NCBI GenBank assembly: GCA_014859735.1 | Contig: JACUTR010000001.1 | Coordinates: 1 to 59,395, forward strand | Direction: 5' to 3' | DNA: 59,395 bases | Source: Candidatus Methanophagales archaeon | GTDB lineage: Archaea > Halobacteriota > Syntropharchaeia > Alkanophagales > Methanospirareceae | Shown: one piece after another, positions 9,142-19,757 of the stretch | Layout: each line of letters opens with the position of its first letter | Position numbering within the stretch: position 1 is the stretch's first letter | Position numbers and translations under genes: made by a program | Notes under the pieces: generated by a model | Seen by the model: only the letters and a program-made list of their open reading frames with translations | Told to the model about the DNA's origin: nothing | The model's database searches: none

Positions 9142-10028
9142 GTGAAGAAACGAAGGAATATGCTTATTTCCTCGGTTGTATCACACCAAACCGATTTCCA
9201 GGGATAGAAACATCGGCAAAGAAGGTCTTTAAGGGATTTGGTATAGAGTCGAAGGAAATGGAGGGTGCTTCCTGCTGTCCCGCACCGGGCGTCTTTGGCT
9301 CTTTCGATATGTACACCTGGCTTCCGATTGCAGCACGAAATCTCGCTATCGCCGAGGAGATGGGGCTTGAGATCTATGTAACCTGTAATGGTTGTTACGG
9401 GTCGCTTCAGGAAGCGGACCATTTGCTTAAAGAACATCCAAAATTAAAGGAAAAGGTCAATGAGATATTAGCAAAAGCCGGAAGAGAGTACAAAGGGACC
9501 ACGAAGGTGAACCATTCAATTGTGGTTCTTCATGATGTTGTCGGGTTAGACCGGCTGAAAGAGAAGGTAACAAAGCCGATGAAAGGTGTGAATGTAGCGA
9601 TACATTACGGCTGTCACTTCCTCAAGCCGCATGAGGTGAGGGGGCATGGGTCTTCTGAAACACCTTACATTTTAGAAGATATCGTGAAGGCGATCGGCGC
9701 AAAACCAGTCGAGTACAAGGACAGACTGATGTGTTGTGGCGCGGGTGGTGGCGTGCGAACCGCGGATACCCAAACGTCGTTGGACTGGACACGTCAGAAG
9801 TTGGTTAACATGATAGAAGCGGGCGCCGATTGTGTGATTCACCCCTGTGCATTCTGCCATTTGCAGCTTGACCGTGGGCAATACGAGATGAACGAAGCTT
9901 TTGGGACCTCGTTTAATTTCCCTGTTCTCTTCGCGTTGCAACTCGTCGCTCTCGCCATGGGATTCAGTGAGAAAGAACTGGGGTTGGATCAGCAAATAAC
10001 CAAAATGCCTGAGAAATTGCTCAAATAA
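9138..10028 (+). CDS. hdrB: CoB-CoM heterodisulfide reductase subunit B
   Basis: FLGC, SCCPAPG, CNGC, HYGCH, CCGAGGGV and CAFCHLQ (CCG domains). Confidence 0.96.
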   Translation: MSEETKEYAYFLGCITPNRFPGIETSAKKVFKGFGIESKEMEGASCCPAPGVFGSFDMYTWLPIAARNLAIAEEMGLEIYVTCNGCYGSLQEADHLLKEHPKLKEKVNEILAKAGREYKGTTKVNHSIVVLHDVVGLDRLKEKVTKPMKGVNVAIHYGCHFLKPHEVRGHGSSETPYILEDIVKAIGAKPVEYKDRLMCCGAGGGVRTADTQTSLDWTRQKLVNMIEAGADCVIHPCAFCHLQLDRGQYEMNEAFGTSFNFPVLFALQLVALAMGFSEKELGLDQQITKMPEKLLK

Positions 10029-10065
10029 AAGAGAAAAAATTTAATTTTTTTCTTTTTTCTTTTTG

Positions 10066-10099
10066 TTTGATTTGATTCGATTTGATTCGATTCAATTCA
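10066..10099. repeat. Degenerate pentanucleotide tandem repeat
   Basis: tttga/ttcga/ttcaa units between the convergent hdrB and small ORF. Confidence 0.7.
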
Positions 10100-10108
10100 A
10101 AATAAGAA

Positions 10109-10333
10109 TTACCAGAGTTTTGTTGGTCTTGCTAATATTGCGCGTAGTTGTCCCTTCTTCTGCCTCACTGCACGCAAATCCTTCTCCTTCTCGGTAATTT
10201 TATTGATTAGTTCCAGTTTCTTCGCCTCATCGGTTGCACTTTTATATTCGCTCGCTAAATCTCCTATCTCCTTTACCAGTGCCGCAATTTCAGCATCCTT
10301 CCCTTTTATTACTTCATCCGGTACAGCTCCCAT
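10109..10333 (-). CDS. Small coiled-coil hypothetical protein
   Basis: 74 aa, preceded by a gaggtga SD-like site, downstream of rpsJ. Confidence 0.75.
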   Translation of the reverse strand: MGAVPDEVIKGKDAEIAALVKEIGDLASEYKSATDEAKKLELINKITEKEKDLRAVRQKKGQLRAILARPTKLW

Positions 10334-10423
10334 TTTATCACCTCTCTTTTAGTTATACAGAATTGGATACTATCAGCTATTTATATCTTTCTATATTTAT
10401 CGCAGTTTTATCCCTTCCCTGCC

Positions 10424-10735
10424 CTATCCCTTTAATACAATCTCGATGTGAACATCCTTGGGAATGGGTATGCGCATCAGTTGTCGCAGAGCTCTTTCAT
10501 CCGCTTCCAGGTCTATCAACCGCTTGTGTATACGCATTTCCCAATGGTCCCACGTTGCAGTCCCTTCACCATCAGGACTCTTCCTGCAGGGTACAACAAG
10601 TTTCTTGGTAGGAAGAGGTATTGGTCCCGACATTCTGATTCCTGTGGTCTCAACTATCTTCTTCACCTGTTGGCAGATATCATCCAACTTCTCATGGTCC
10701 GTGCTCGAGAGCTTTATCCGTGCTTTTTGATTCAT
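10424..10735 (-). CDS. rpsJ: 30S ribosomal protein S10 (uS10)
   Basis: [16 protein letters not shown] and [11 protein letters not shown]. Confidence 0.98.
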   Translation of the reverse strand: MNQKARIKLSSTDHEKLDDICQQVKKIVETTGIRMSGPIPLPTKKLVVPCRKSPDGEGTATWDHWEMRIHKRLIDLEADERALRQLMRIPIPKDVHIEIVLKG

Positions 10736-10793
10736 TTATTCATTCATTCCCGTCCCTCTTCCCCTTTGCTTACGTTGATTGGGTTGCTCTGGT

Positions 10794-12059
10794 TTACTTC
10801 TCCTTTATGTCTATTACCATGCCCGCGGCGACCGTTTGTCCCATATCTCGGACTGCGAACCTGCCGAGATGAGGTATCTCCTTCACCCGCTCGATAACCA
10901 GGGGTCTTGTTGGTTTTACCTTTACTACCGCGGCATCGCCTGTTTTTATGAAGTCGGGGTTCTCTTCTATCGTTGCACCAGTCCGTGGGTCCAGTTTCTT
11001 AGCAATCTCTATTATCGTGCATGCAACTTGGGCGGTGTGGCAATGGAAAACGGGCGTGTACCCCACAGTAATTGCGGTCGGATGCTGGAGCACAATGAGC
11101 TGTGCGGTAAACTCGTCGGCAACCGTTGGTGGGTTATCAACATGTCCACAAACATCTCCTCTCCGTATATCAGTTCTACCGACTCCACGAACGTTCCAGC
11201 CGATGTTATCGCCGGGAATCGCTTCTGGAATCTCTTCATGGTGCATCTCTATTGATTTTACCTCCCCTTGCTTACCCGGAGGGTTGAAAATTACCTTATC
11301 GCCCTTCTTGAGCTTTCCGGTCTCCACCCTTCCTACAGGAACCGTTCCAGCGCCAGTTATTGAATACACATCCTGCACCGGGATACGAAGCGGAAGCTCA
11401 ATGGGCTTCTCCGGTACTTTCATGAGGTCCAGCGCCGCTAAAAAGGGAGGACCATCAAACCATTTCATCTTCTCGCTTGGCTTCGTTATATTCTCGCCCG
11501 CAAATGCAGAAACCGGAACGAAGACGAGATTCTCTTCCCGGTATCCGACGACCTTCATGAGGTCTAACAGCTCCTTCTTCACCTCCTCGTATCGCTTCTG
11601 ATCGTACTCCACCCGGTCCATCTTGTTTACCGCGACAACGAGCTGAGCCACTCCTAAGGTTCGTGCTAAGAATACATGCTCCCTTGTCTGTGCCATTATC
11701 CCATCCTTGGCATCCACGACTAATACCGCTGCATCCGCCTGTGATGTCCCGGTGATCATGTTCTTCACGAAATCCCTGTGGCCGGGGCAATCCACGATCG
11801 TATAATAATACTTATTCGTATCAAACCTCTGGTGAGAAACATCGATGGTAATGCCCCGCTCTCTTTCGTCTTTTAACGTATCCAGCACCCAAGCGAACTC
11901 GAAAGACCCTTTTCCTATCGCCTCTGCCTTTTTCCGGTACTCATCTATCACATGTGGGTCGATCGTCCCGGTATCCATCAGCAGCCTTCCCAGCAGTGTT
12001 GACTTACCATGGTCTATATGCCCTATCATAGCCATATTCATGTGTTCTTTCTCAGCCAT
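10794..12059 (-). CDS. tuf: Elongation factor 1-alpha
   Basis: [26 protein letters not shown] and NKMD. Confidence 0.99.
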   Translation of the reverse strand: MAEKEHMNMAMIGHIDHGKSTLLGRLLMDTGTIDPHVIDEYRKKAEAIGKGSFEFAWVLDTLKDERERGITIDVSHQRFDTNKYYYTIVDCPGHRDFVKNMITGTSQADAAVLVVDAKDGIMAQTREHVFLARTLGVAQLVVAVNKMDRVEYDQKRYEEVKKELLDLMKVVGYREENLVFVPVSAFAGENITKPSEKMKWFDGPPFLAALDLMKVPEKPIELPLRIPVQDVYSITGAGTVPVGRVETGKLKKGDKVIFNPPGKQGEVKSIEMHHEEIPEAIPGDNIGWNVRGVGRTDIRRGDVCGHVDNPPTVADEFTAQLIVLQHPTAITVGYTPVFHCHTAQVACTIIEIAKKLDPRTGATIEENPDFIKTGDAAVVKVKPTRPLVIERVKEIPHLGRFAVRDMGQTVAAGMVIDIKEK

Positions 12060-12219
12060 TTTTCATATTCCTCCTATTCATTCGCTCTTCTACCCTATAC
12101 CACTTATGAGGCTATATTATTTCTGCCTTATATCCTATTTATTTTTATCTTATTTATTTTATCTCAGATACGTGGTCTTCACCTCGCCGGTGGCACCTCC
12201 ATTTTTAAGTTGAGTGCAA

Positions 12220-13125
12220 ATGAAGCTAAAACCCGAGTGTATCCCCTGTTTGGTAGAAAGAGCGAAATATGAGTGCGATATTGTATTTGATGAGGATAGG
12301 GGAAAACTACGTGCACTGAAGGAATTTACTGCCTTCCTTTCTGAACATCTCAATCTCACTGAATTGAAACCACCGCCATTCTTCGGTACTGAAAGGGAGA
12401 GGATACTAAAAAGGCGAAGTGGTGTGGAGGATCCTCACGGGGAGGTAAAAAGGCGGAGCAACGAGGTAGCGAAGAAGTTGCTTTCCGAGGCATCTCAATT
12501 TTATGATGCGGCGGGTGATAAAATAGAAGCCTTGATACGGATAGCGGCAGCTGCGAACTCAATGGAATATGGGATAACGGGATATTCATACAGCGAGGCT
12601 GATTTTCAGCATGAGTTTGTCCATACGTTAAATGAGAACCTCAAGTGGGATAGAGAATCGATACGGTCTGCGATAGAGAATCGAGCGAAGATATTATATT
12701 TGACGGACAACGCGGGCGAGATATTTTTTGACGCGTTTGTGATAAGGGAGCTGATAAGAATGGGTAAAGAGGTGGTCGTCTCGCCAAAGAGCGCTCCTGT
12801 TATCAACGACGCTACGGTAGAGGACTTGAAGGAAGCGGGTATTTCCTATTTCGAGGAGCGGTGTAAGATAATTCCGAGCGGCGCATACATAGGGATCTCA
12901 TTAGGAGAAGTGGAGGAGGAGTTCCTGGATGTCTTCAGCGATGAGAGGTATTTGGTGATAGCAAAGGGAATGGGGAACTACGAGACGATATCGGAGTTTG
13001 AAGCACGGTTCGGGCTGAAAGGCAGGTTGATCTATATTTTGAGGGCGAAATGCGAGCCCGTGGCGCGGAGCATGGGGGTAAGGAGAGGAGAACTTGTTGC
13101 TCAATTCGTTACGTTACGTACGTGA
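12220..13125 (+). CDS. DUF89/ARMT1-like damage-control phosphatase
   Basis: ECIPC, DNAGE, PVINDAT, AKGMGNYE and LRAKC. Start taken at ATG 12220. Confidence 0.92.
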   Translation: MKLKPECIPCLVERAKYECDIVFDEDRGKLRALKEFTAFLSEHLNLTELKPPPFFGTERERILKRRSGVEDPHGEVKRRSNEVAKKLLSEASQFYDAAGDKIEALIRIAAAANSMEYGITGYSYSEADFQHEFVHTLNENLKWDRESIRSAIENRAKILYLTDNAGEIFFDAFVIRELIRMGKEVVVSPKSAPVINDATVEDLKEAGISYFEERCKIIPSGAYIGISLGEVEEEFLDVFSDERYLVIAKGMGNYETISEFEARFGLKGRLIYILRAKCEPVARSMGVRRGELVAQFVTLRT

Positions 13126-13181
13126 AGCGGAAAGATGAACCTCTTTTCAGTCCTTCGCTAACGCGGGCATTTTCTCTCTCG

Positions 13182-13718
13182 TTACCTTTTTCCCGGTACC
13201 GTTACCCTCACCCGCTTCTTAAGGACGGGAACTAACCGTTTTATCTCTATCTCCCCGCCTTGTTCCATCTTATACTCATCGATCGGCATGGTTGGGAATT
13301 TGCCATCCACCTCATAGATATAAAAACCCTCTTCATCGTCTATTGATGCAATGAATTCTTTATCCCCTATTCTCTTTATTCCTATCCCCGCAACTTCCTT
13401 TAACGCATCCAATATGCTTGTTCCTTTCTGAACTTCTATTTCATAGTCCTCGCTAAAGGTCTCCATCACGTCATACAGCTTTTCTTTGTTCACCTTTAAC
13501 ACGTGCGTCTTACCGAATACCGTACTTTCCAGCAGCTCCGCCGCCTCCAAAATTCTGACGTGCTTCGCAGCAACGGGCACTGATATGCCTAACGCCTTTG
13601 CGAGACCGGTTACATGATAATCCCTCTGCATCAGCAGCTTCAACATCTCCACCCTCGTTTTACTACCCAATGCTTTGAATATCATCTCACAACTCATACC
13701 TACTATTATTACCCGCAT
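13182..13718 (-). CDS. ArsR-family HTH regulator with C-terminal beta-grasp (DUF4430-like) domain
   Basis: FKALGSKTRVEML...KHVRILE HTH. C-terminal GTSILDAL...FIASID...YIYEVDG. True start probably slightly downstream. Confidence 0.8.
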   Translation of the reverse strand: MRVIIVGMSCEMIFKALGSKTRVEMLKLLMQRDYHVTGLAKALGISVPVAAKHVRILEAAELLESTVFGKTHVLKVNKEKLYDVMETFSEDYEIEVQKGTSILDALKEVAGIGIKRIGDKEFIASIDDEEGFYIYEVDGKFPTMPIDEYKMEQGGEIEIKRLVPVLKKRVRVTVPGKR

Positions 13719-13721
13719 AGG

Positions 13722-14651
13722 TTATAACTCTTTGAGGTGATACAACTCCTCAGCCAACCGCTTTATATAACTCTTCCCTTTTTCACCCTCTTCTAACCTC
13801 TCCACCCAGTCGGTGGGAATTGCCCCGTCGCCATAATAAGCACCACTTATCGCACCCGTCATGGCCCCAATCGTGTCAGTATCGCCACCCAAACTTACCG
13901 CATAGACCACGCTATCCTCAAACTTATCGAAACGAAGAAAGGAGTAAATAGCGGGGGGTACCGAGTTAAAAGCCGCTTCTCCATTACCCAATTCAGCTAT
14001 TACCTCCTTTTTGGAAGCCTCTTTATCCAGAAGGATTGCTATCTTTCTTATCTTCTCCTTATACACGTCATTTCGAACAAACTCGCTCAGGGCGGACACC
14101 ATACCTTCTTGCTGTCCACGAACCGCTAAAGCGATAGAAAAAGCCTGTAACGCTGCTCCCTCTTTGCCCAGCTCGTGAGAATGGGTGATATGGCTTGATT
14201 TATACGCTATCTCCCTCAACGTATCTGCATTATCATAATACACGATTCCGATAGGGGCGATTCGCATCGCAGCTCCGTTTCCGTACGAGCCTTCGCCACC
14301 AAACAGGTTCTCCGAGGCCGCTTCCCAGCCCTCCCCCTCACGTAGCCTTTTTAATGCCTCTTTCGACCCTGGACCATATCCTCTCTTCGCATCATAATTC
14401 TGGATGAACCTACGTGCCATATTCGCACCATTGAAGCCTTTATGCTCGATTAAAGACTCCGCGACCCCTATCATCATCTCTGTATCGTCCGTGTAGCGAC
14501 CGTAAATCATCTTCCACGGTGTTTTCTCGCCGTACACCGAACTTACCATCTCCATGCTCCATCCCTCTACAGGAGCGCCTATTGCATCGCCTACCGCACT
14601 GCCGATGAGCGCCCCGGTAAATTTAGATTTCAGGTCTACATACATGCGCAT
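13722..14651 (-). CDS. ADP-ribosylglycohydrolase family protein
   Basis: GDAIG, YTDDT, GNGAAMR, THSH and GGDTDT. Confidence 0.95.
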   Translation of the reverse strand: MRMYVDLKSKFTGALIGSAVGDAIGAPVEGWSMEMVSSVYGEKTPWKMIYGRYTDDTEMMIGVAESLIEHKGFNGANMARRFIQNYDAKRGYGPGSKEALKRLREGEGWEAASENLFGGEGSYGNGAAMRIAPIGIVYYDNADTLREIAYKSSHITHSHELGKEGAALQAFSIALAVRGQQEGMVSALSEFVRNDVYKEKIRKIAILLDKEASKKEVIAELGNGEAAFNSVPPAIYSFLRFDKFEDSVVYAVSLGGDTDTIGAMTGAISGAYYGDGAIPTDWVERLEEGEKGKSYIKRLAEELYHLKEL

Positions 14652-14820
14652 TAAAGCCCGCTTTTTCTTTCACTTTCACGTATCTCATTTAAGAATCAGA
14701 TAGAACTCACATTCCGTTGCCGTAACGATTTTATTTTATTGTATTTTATTTTATATCCCGGAGGTGTCATTTGTAGTAATGGTATATTGTTAGCGAAGCA
14801 AATAATTTCGTTTCTGCAGC

Positions 14821-16389
14821 ATGAAGAGAACTATTGTCATTATAATTAGAGATGGATGGGGCATAAATCCAAATTCAAGCTATAACGCAGTGGCAAATGC
14901 GCACACTCCTCACATAGATTCGTTTTTAAAAAGGTATCCCAGCACAATCTTAGAGGCGGCAGGAACCGCTGTCGGACTACCTCCAGGGTATCAGGGTTCT
15001 TCCGAAGTTGGTCACCTTAATATGGGTGCAGGAAGGATAGTAAAGCAAGAGATAACGAGGATAAATGAGGCAATAGAGGACACGTCGTTTTTTTCAAGTT
15101 CTTGCTTCCAGAGCGCTATTAATAACTGCACCTCGAATAACTCAGCGCTGCATCTCATGGGACTTATCCAGGATGCGGGCGTCCACGCGCATCAGGATCA
15201 TCTCTTTGCCATAATGAAATACGCGAAGGGGAGGGGTGTAGACAAGATATATCTTCATTTCTTTTCTGATGGGAGGGATACCGCACCACGGAGTGCATTA
15301 GAATTTCTCGGTGTCGTCAATGAGAAGATAGCGGAATATCAAGCAGGCGAAATTGCTACCTTGATGGGCCGCTACTACGCTATGGATCGCGGAAAGAACT
15401 GGCATTTGACCTCTCAAGCCTACAACACCCTCACAAAAGGAGAGGGTATCAAGGTGAGCAGTGCAGAAGAAGCGGTGAGAAGAGCATACAATGAGGACAG
15501 AACACCCGATGGCGGACAGATGACCGATGAATACATTCCTCCCTCGATTATTGGCACTTTCTCCGGCATCAAAGATGGTGATTCAGTCATTCATTTTAAT
15601 TACAGACAGGATAGAGCGATCCAATTGGCGATGGCTTTTGTCGAGGACGAATATCCTGGAGCGAGGTGGAAGAAGTTAGACATCGTGTATTGTGGTCTCA
15701 CGCGATACTATGATACCTTCCCCGGTTATATGATGGAACCGATCTCGGAAGGTGTAGGGATGGCTAATATTCTGGGGGAGGTACTGAGTGAAAAAGGGTT
15801 AAGACAACTCCGAATTGCAGAGACGCAGAAATTCAGGCATGTGACTTCTTTCTTCAATGGTAAACGAATCGAGCCATTTCCAAACGAAGAGCAAATAGAG
15901 ATTAAGAGTATGTATGACCCTGCGCTGTTTGCCGATCACCCTGAGATGAACGCCTTTGATGTTACTGAGGAAGTAATCAGGAGAATAGAGTCCGAGGGCT
16001 ACCACTTGATCGTTTTAAACTATGCAAACTGTGATATGGTTGGTCATACGGGCGATTTTGAAGCGGCAAAGAGAGCGGTCGAGGTTGTAGATGAATGCGT
16101 GGGCGCAGTAGTTAAGACAATCCTGGCACATGATGGTGTAGCCCTCGTCACCGCAGACCATGGGAATGTCGAGGAGATGAGGGATTACCAAACGGGACTG
16201 CCTAAAACAAGCCATACGAACAACCCGGTGGAATTCATTTACGTTGCGGAAGATTATAGGGAGATTAAACTCAGACCTCGGGGAATTCTTTCGGATATCG
16301 CGCCAACCGTTTTGTTTCTGCTGGGAATAGATAAGCCACAAGAGATGACCAGTGAAAATTTAGTTCGAGCTATTTGTAGAGCGGAGTAA
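14821..16389 (+). CDS. gpmI: 2,3-bisphosphoglycerate-independent phosphoglycerate mutase (bacterial GpmI type)
   Basis: DGWG, SEVGHLNMGAGR, GRYYAMDR, DMVGHTG and TADHGN. Confidence 0.95.
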   Translation: MKRTIVIIIRDGWGINPNSSYNAVANAHTPHIDSFLKRYPSTILEAAGTAVGLPPGYQGSSEVGHLNMGAGRIVKQEITRINEAIEDTSFFSSSCFQSAINNCTSNNSALHLMGLIQDAGVHAHQDHLFAIMKYAKGRGVDKIYLHFFSDGRDTAPRSALEFLGVVNEKIAEYQAGEIATLMGRYYAMDRGKNWHLTSQAYNTLTKGEGIKVSSAEEAVRRAYNEDRTPDGGQMTDEYIPPSIIGTFSGIKDGDSVIHFNYRQDRAIQLAMAFVEDEYPGARWKKLDIVYCGLTRYYDTFPGYMMEPISEGVGMANILGEVLSEKGLRQLRIAETQKFRHVTSFFNGKRIEPFPNEEQIEIKSMYDPALFADHPEMNAFDVTEEVIRRIESEGYHLIVLNYANCDMVGHTGDFEAAKRAVEVVDECVGAVVKTILAHDGVALVTADHGNVEEMRDYQTGLPKTSHTNNPVEFIYVAEDYREIKLRPRGILSDIAPTVLFLLGIDKPQEMTSENLVRAICRAE

Positions 16390-16422
16390 AAAAACCACGA
16401 GATTTCACACAAATACGGAGAA

Positions 16423-17679
16423 ATGAAAGAGGAGACGAGACTATTTGTGAAGCGCAAATTTAAGGAGTATTATACCCGGGCGAGGATAGAACTCCCGAAG
16501 GATTTCTGGATGCGAGAGTGGGGCTTTGTTCTCTTCGACCAGTATTTTCCCGCAAAACTCGTGATGCGAAGGCATAAATCGTTTACTACGAAGGATGACT
16601 TAATGCATTACCTTGGAGAAAATGCCCCTGCCCACGCGTATTATTCCTCTGCCCTTTATCAATATCCTGCAGCAGATATGGCGAAAAAGGGATGGATCGG
16701 CTCTGACTTGATTTTTGACCTCGATGCGGATCATATCATAAGTGAGGCAGAGTTCAAGCGCTCTTCTTATGAGCAGGTGTTAGAGCGCGTGAAAGAAGAA
16801 ACGGTGAAGCTGATTGATTTCCTGATCAACGATTTTGGATTTGGTGAAGATGATATAGAACTGGTATTTTCAGGCTCGAGGGGCTATCATATCCATATAA
16901 AAACAGATGAGGTGCGAGGGCTTGGAAGTAGAGAAAGAAGGGAGATTGTTGATTATGTGGGGAGAGGGCCGGATGTTGATGTATTTCTGGTATACAAGGC
17001 GATTGATTATGGTGGCGAAGAATTACGAAGATGTCAATATTGTAACAAAATTACAAAAATGAAAATATGTCCTATCTGTCACGGGAACACAACAAGTCTC
17101 AGTGGACAAGGCGATCTGAGATTATTAACCCACGGAGCATGGGGCAAACGACTTCTTAAGGGATTAATCGATTTTCTTCATGAAATAGCGGAGATGGAAG
17201 AAGAAAAGGCTATTACGGCATTGAAAAAAATTGGGGGTGTAGGTGAGCAAAGGGCAAGAGACCTAATAAGAGTTGTAAAAGATGAGATGTCTATGAAAAG
17301 GATAGCGGAGGGAAAACTCGGGCAAATATCCGGCTTTCCTCAGTCGGCGTGGCAAGAAATAATAAAAAGTGTGCGTGTGAGAATTGACACCGATGCACCG
17401 GTCACAGCAGACATAAAGCGGCTTATACGGCTGCCTACCTCACTCCACGGGAAATCCTCTTTAGAAGTAAAACCCTTACGGATCGAAACGTTTAACGAGT
17501 TTGATCCTGTAGTGGATGCGGTAGTATTTGGGGATTCGCCCGTCGAGATAAGAGTTGTTCGAGACTCCTCGATAACGCTTAACGGTGAACGATATAAGGT
17601 GGAAGAAGGCGAGATTGCCTCGGTGCCTGAGCATGCAGCACTGTATTTTATCTGTAGGGGTGTTGCGGAGATCAAGTGA
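16423..17679 (+). CDS. priS: DNA primase catalytic subunit
   Basis: REWGF, DLIFDLDAD, FSGSRGYH and RLIRLPTSLHGKS. Confidence 0.95.
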   Translation: MKEETRLFVKRKFKEYYTRARIELPKDFWMREWGFVLFDQYFPAKLVMRRHKSFTTKDDLMHYLGENAPAHAYYSSALYQYPAADMAKKGWIGSDLIFDLDADHIISEAEFKRSSYEQVLERVKEETVKLIDFLINDFGFGEDDIELVFSGSRGYHIHIKTDEVRGLGSRERREIVDYVGRGPDVDVFLVYKAIDYGGEELRRCQYCNKITKMKICPICHGNTTSLSGQGDLRLLTHGAWGKRLLKGLIDFLHEIAEMEEEKAITALKKIGGVGEQRARDLIRVVKDEMSMKRIAEGKLGQISGFPQSAWQEIIKSVRVRIDTDAPVTADIKRLIRLPTSLHGKSSLEVKPLRIETFNEFDPVVDAVVFGDSPVEIRVVRDSSITLNGERYKVEEGEIASVPEHAALYFICRGVAEIK

Positions 17680-17695
17680 AAAAGGACCGAAAATT

Positions 17696-17745
17696 ATTTG
17701 TTCTTAGTAAAGATTCTTTCTTTAGTTTAGAGAGAAAGTGCAATG
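17696..17745. repeat. AT-rich palindromic repeat abutting a start codon
   Basis: Its reverse complement resembles 24281-24324; both end in agaaagtgcaATG. Confidence 0.6.
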
Positions 17746-18372
17746 GATATAGAGCAGCTCTGGGAGATCTTATACAAGGAACGAAACACGGCATCACTGC
17801 AAGAGTTACCGGGGAATTTCTGCGAGGAGGTGAGGCACTATTTCGAGCGATTGAAGGAAGAGCGAGGAGAAGCGGATGAACGGAGAGGAGCGCTTTTGGA
17901 AGATGAGATACGGAATGCGAGGATGAAAGTGGAGGATATAGTCAGAAGGCGGATAGGAAAGATAGTAAAGCTCGCCAGTTCGGGCATGAAGGCGTCACCG
18001 AAGGGCATGTTAGGGGAAGAAGAGAGGATATTTGAGGGTGTAAAAAGTCACGTAGAAGAGGGCAAGGAGAGAATATTTGCATTGATGGTGGGCGCGAAAG
18101 AGAGCGAAAGTGAAGGCGGGGGAGAAGAGAGAAGCGGAAAGAAGAAATCTTCGGGGGACGTCTTAAAAAGGGATGAGTCTCTCCCGGCAAAGAAGAGAGA
18201 TGAAGAACTGCAGATAGTTCGGATATTAGAAGATATACCTACCTTCATGGGTACTGATGGAAGAATTTATAGAGTGAAAAAAGAAGATGTTATTATGTTG
18301 CCAAAGACTAACGCTGAGATATTGTGTAAGCGTGGAGTTGCAGTGCGATTCGAAGGAAAAAAGAAGAGGTGA
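17743..18372 (+). CDS. GINS complex subunit (Gins51-type)
   Basis: ERNTASLQELP, RRIGKIV and the B-domain VRILEDIPTFMGTDG. Conserved position after priS. Confidence 0.85.
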   Translation: MDIEQLWEILYKERNTASLQELPGNFCEEVRHYFERLKEERGEADERRGALLEDEIRNARMKVEDIVRRRIGKIVKLASSGMKASPKGMLGEEERIFEGVKSHVEEGKERIFALMVGAKESESEGGGEERSGKKKSSGDVLKRDESLPAKKRDEELQIVRILEDIPTFMGTDGRIYRVKKEDVIMLPKTNAEILCKRGVAVRFEGKKKR

Positions 18373-18384
18373 GTGCAGAGAAAG

Positions 18385-18663
18385 ATGAAGATGCCGAAAC
18401 GTCTGAGGACCTATTGCCCTTTTTGTGGGAAGCACACCGTACACGAGGTGGAAAAGGTAAAACGGGGAAGACCTTCTTCCTTGAACTGGATCGTAAGACA
18501 GAAGAAACGCCGGTCAGGCATAGGTAACACGGGTAAATTCTCAAAAGTGCCGGGGGGAGATAAGCCAACGAAGAAGGTTGCTCTCCGTTATAAATGCATA
18601 GAATGCAAAAAAATGCATCAAAGAAAGGGCTTTCGGGTATCCAAGCTTGAGTTGGTGGAGTGA
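18385..18663 (+). CDS. rpl44e: 50S ribosomal protein L44e (eL42)
   Basis: [15 protein letters not shown] and YKCIECKK. Confidence 0.96.
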   Translation: MKMPKRLRTYCPFCGKHTVHEVEKVKRGRPSSLNWIVRQKKRRSGIGNTGKFSKVPGGDKPTKKVALRYKCIECKKMHQRKGFRVSKLELVE

Positions 18664-18666
18664 AAA

Positions 18667-18846
18667 ATGGAGAGGAAAACGAGTAGCCAATTTTTGAGGG
18701 TTAAATGCAATGATTGTGAAAATGAGCAGGTCATCTTTGATCATGCATCGACGAGTGTGAAATGCAGTGTCTGTGGGAGAACCTTAGTTGAACCAAAAGG
18801 GGGGAAGGCGGAGATAAAAGGCGAGATAATCGAGGTTCTTAAATAG
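18667..18846 (+). CDS. rps27e: 30S ribosomal protein S27e (absent from the ORF track, 59 aa)
   Basis: Manual translation [59 protein letters not shown]. Confidence 0.96.
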   Translation: MERKTSSQFLRVKCNDCENEQVIFDHASTSVKCSVCGRTLVEPKGGKAEIKGEIIEVLK

Positions 18847-19674
18847 ATGGTAAGGGAAGAATGGCCGGAGAAGGGTGAATTAGTAGTTTGTACGGTAAAA
18901 GAACTCAAACCTTTTGGCGTTTTTGTTACGCTTGAAGAGTATGGAGGAAAAGAAGGACTCATCAATATTGCCGAGGTATCCACGGGGTGGGTGAAACATC
19001 TGAGGGATTACGTGCGAGAAGGGCAGAAAGTCGTGTGTAAAGTGCTCCACGTGGATGAACGGAGAGGACATATCGATTTATCCTTAAAGGCGGTAAAAGA
19101 GGGACAAAGAAGGAAGAAGATAAAGGAGTGGAAGAACGAGAAGAAAGCAGTGAAGTGGCTTACCCTCGCCCTCGCGGCTCCCTCCTCTAAAATCGGATTG
19201 AGCAACGATGAGCTCGACGAGATCGAGCTAAAATTATTTGATGCGTATGGAAGCCTGTACGATGCATTTGAGGATGTCTTACGGGTTGGCAAAGAAGCGC
19301 TGATCGAACTTGAGATAAAGGAGGACTACGCAGAGGCAATACACGAGGTGGCTCGTGCCAATGTAAAACTCCCTTTTGTGCAGATTACGGGGTATGTAGA
19401 GCTGAAGTGTCCTCTGCCTGATGGTGTGGAGATAATAAAGGAAGCATTGAGGAAGGCCGAAGAGGTGATAACGATAAAATCTCCAAAAAAAGACAAGGAC
19501 ACGAATGGTACCAAAGTAGAATGCTTCTATATCGGTGCACCGAAGTATAGGATACGTGTTACCGCTCCCAATTATAAAGAGGCAGAGAACGTACTGAGCG
19601 ATGCGGCTAATGCTGCCATTGAGTTAATAAAAACAAACGAAGGATACGGGAAGTTCTACCGAACTCTTCCTTAA
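18847..19674 (+). CDS. eif2a: Translation initiation factor 2 alpha subunit
   Basis: S1 domain WPEKGELV, GHIDLSLK and YIGAPKYRI; conserved operon. Confidence 0.95.
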   Translation: MVREEWPEKGELVVCTVKELKPFGVFVTLEEYGGKEGLINIAEVSTGWVKHLRDYVREGQKVVCKVLHVDERRGHIDLSLKAVKEGQRRKKIKEWKNEKKAVKWLTLALAAPSSKIGLSNDELDEIELKLFDAYGSLYDAFEDVLRVGKEALIELEIKEDYAEAIHEVARANVKLPFVQITGYVELKCPLPDGVEIIKEALRKAEEVITIKSPKKDKDTNGTKVECFYIGAPKYRIRVTAPNYKEAENVLSDAANAAIELIKTNEGYGKFYRTLP

Positions 19675-19675
19675 C

Positions 19676-19757
19676 AAAGAAACCTTCTCTTGAGAAGAAA
19701 AGCGGTGCTATAAAGATTTTTCTTTAATAACCCTTTCTTTTTAAGAAGAAAAGTTTT
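19676..19757. repeat. AT-rich palindromic repeat
   Basis: Two T/A-tract hairpins, similar in layout to the insert at 438-520. Confidence 0.6.

Noticed and set aside
8590..10028. hdrCB without hdrA
   Set aside because: Separation of hdrA from hdrBC is common in methanogens and ANME.
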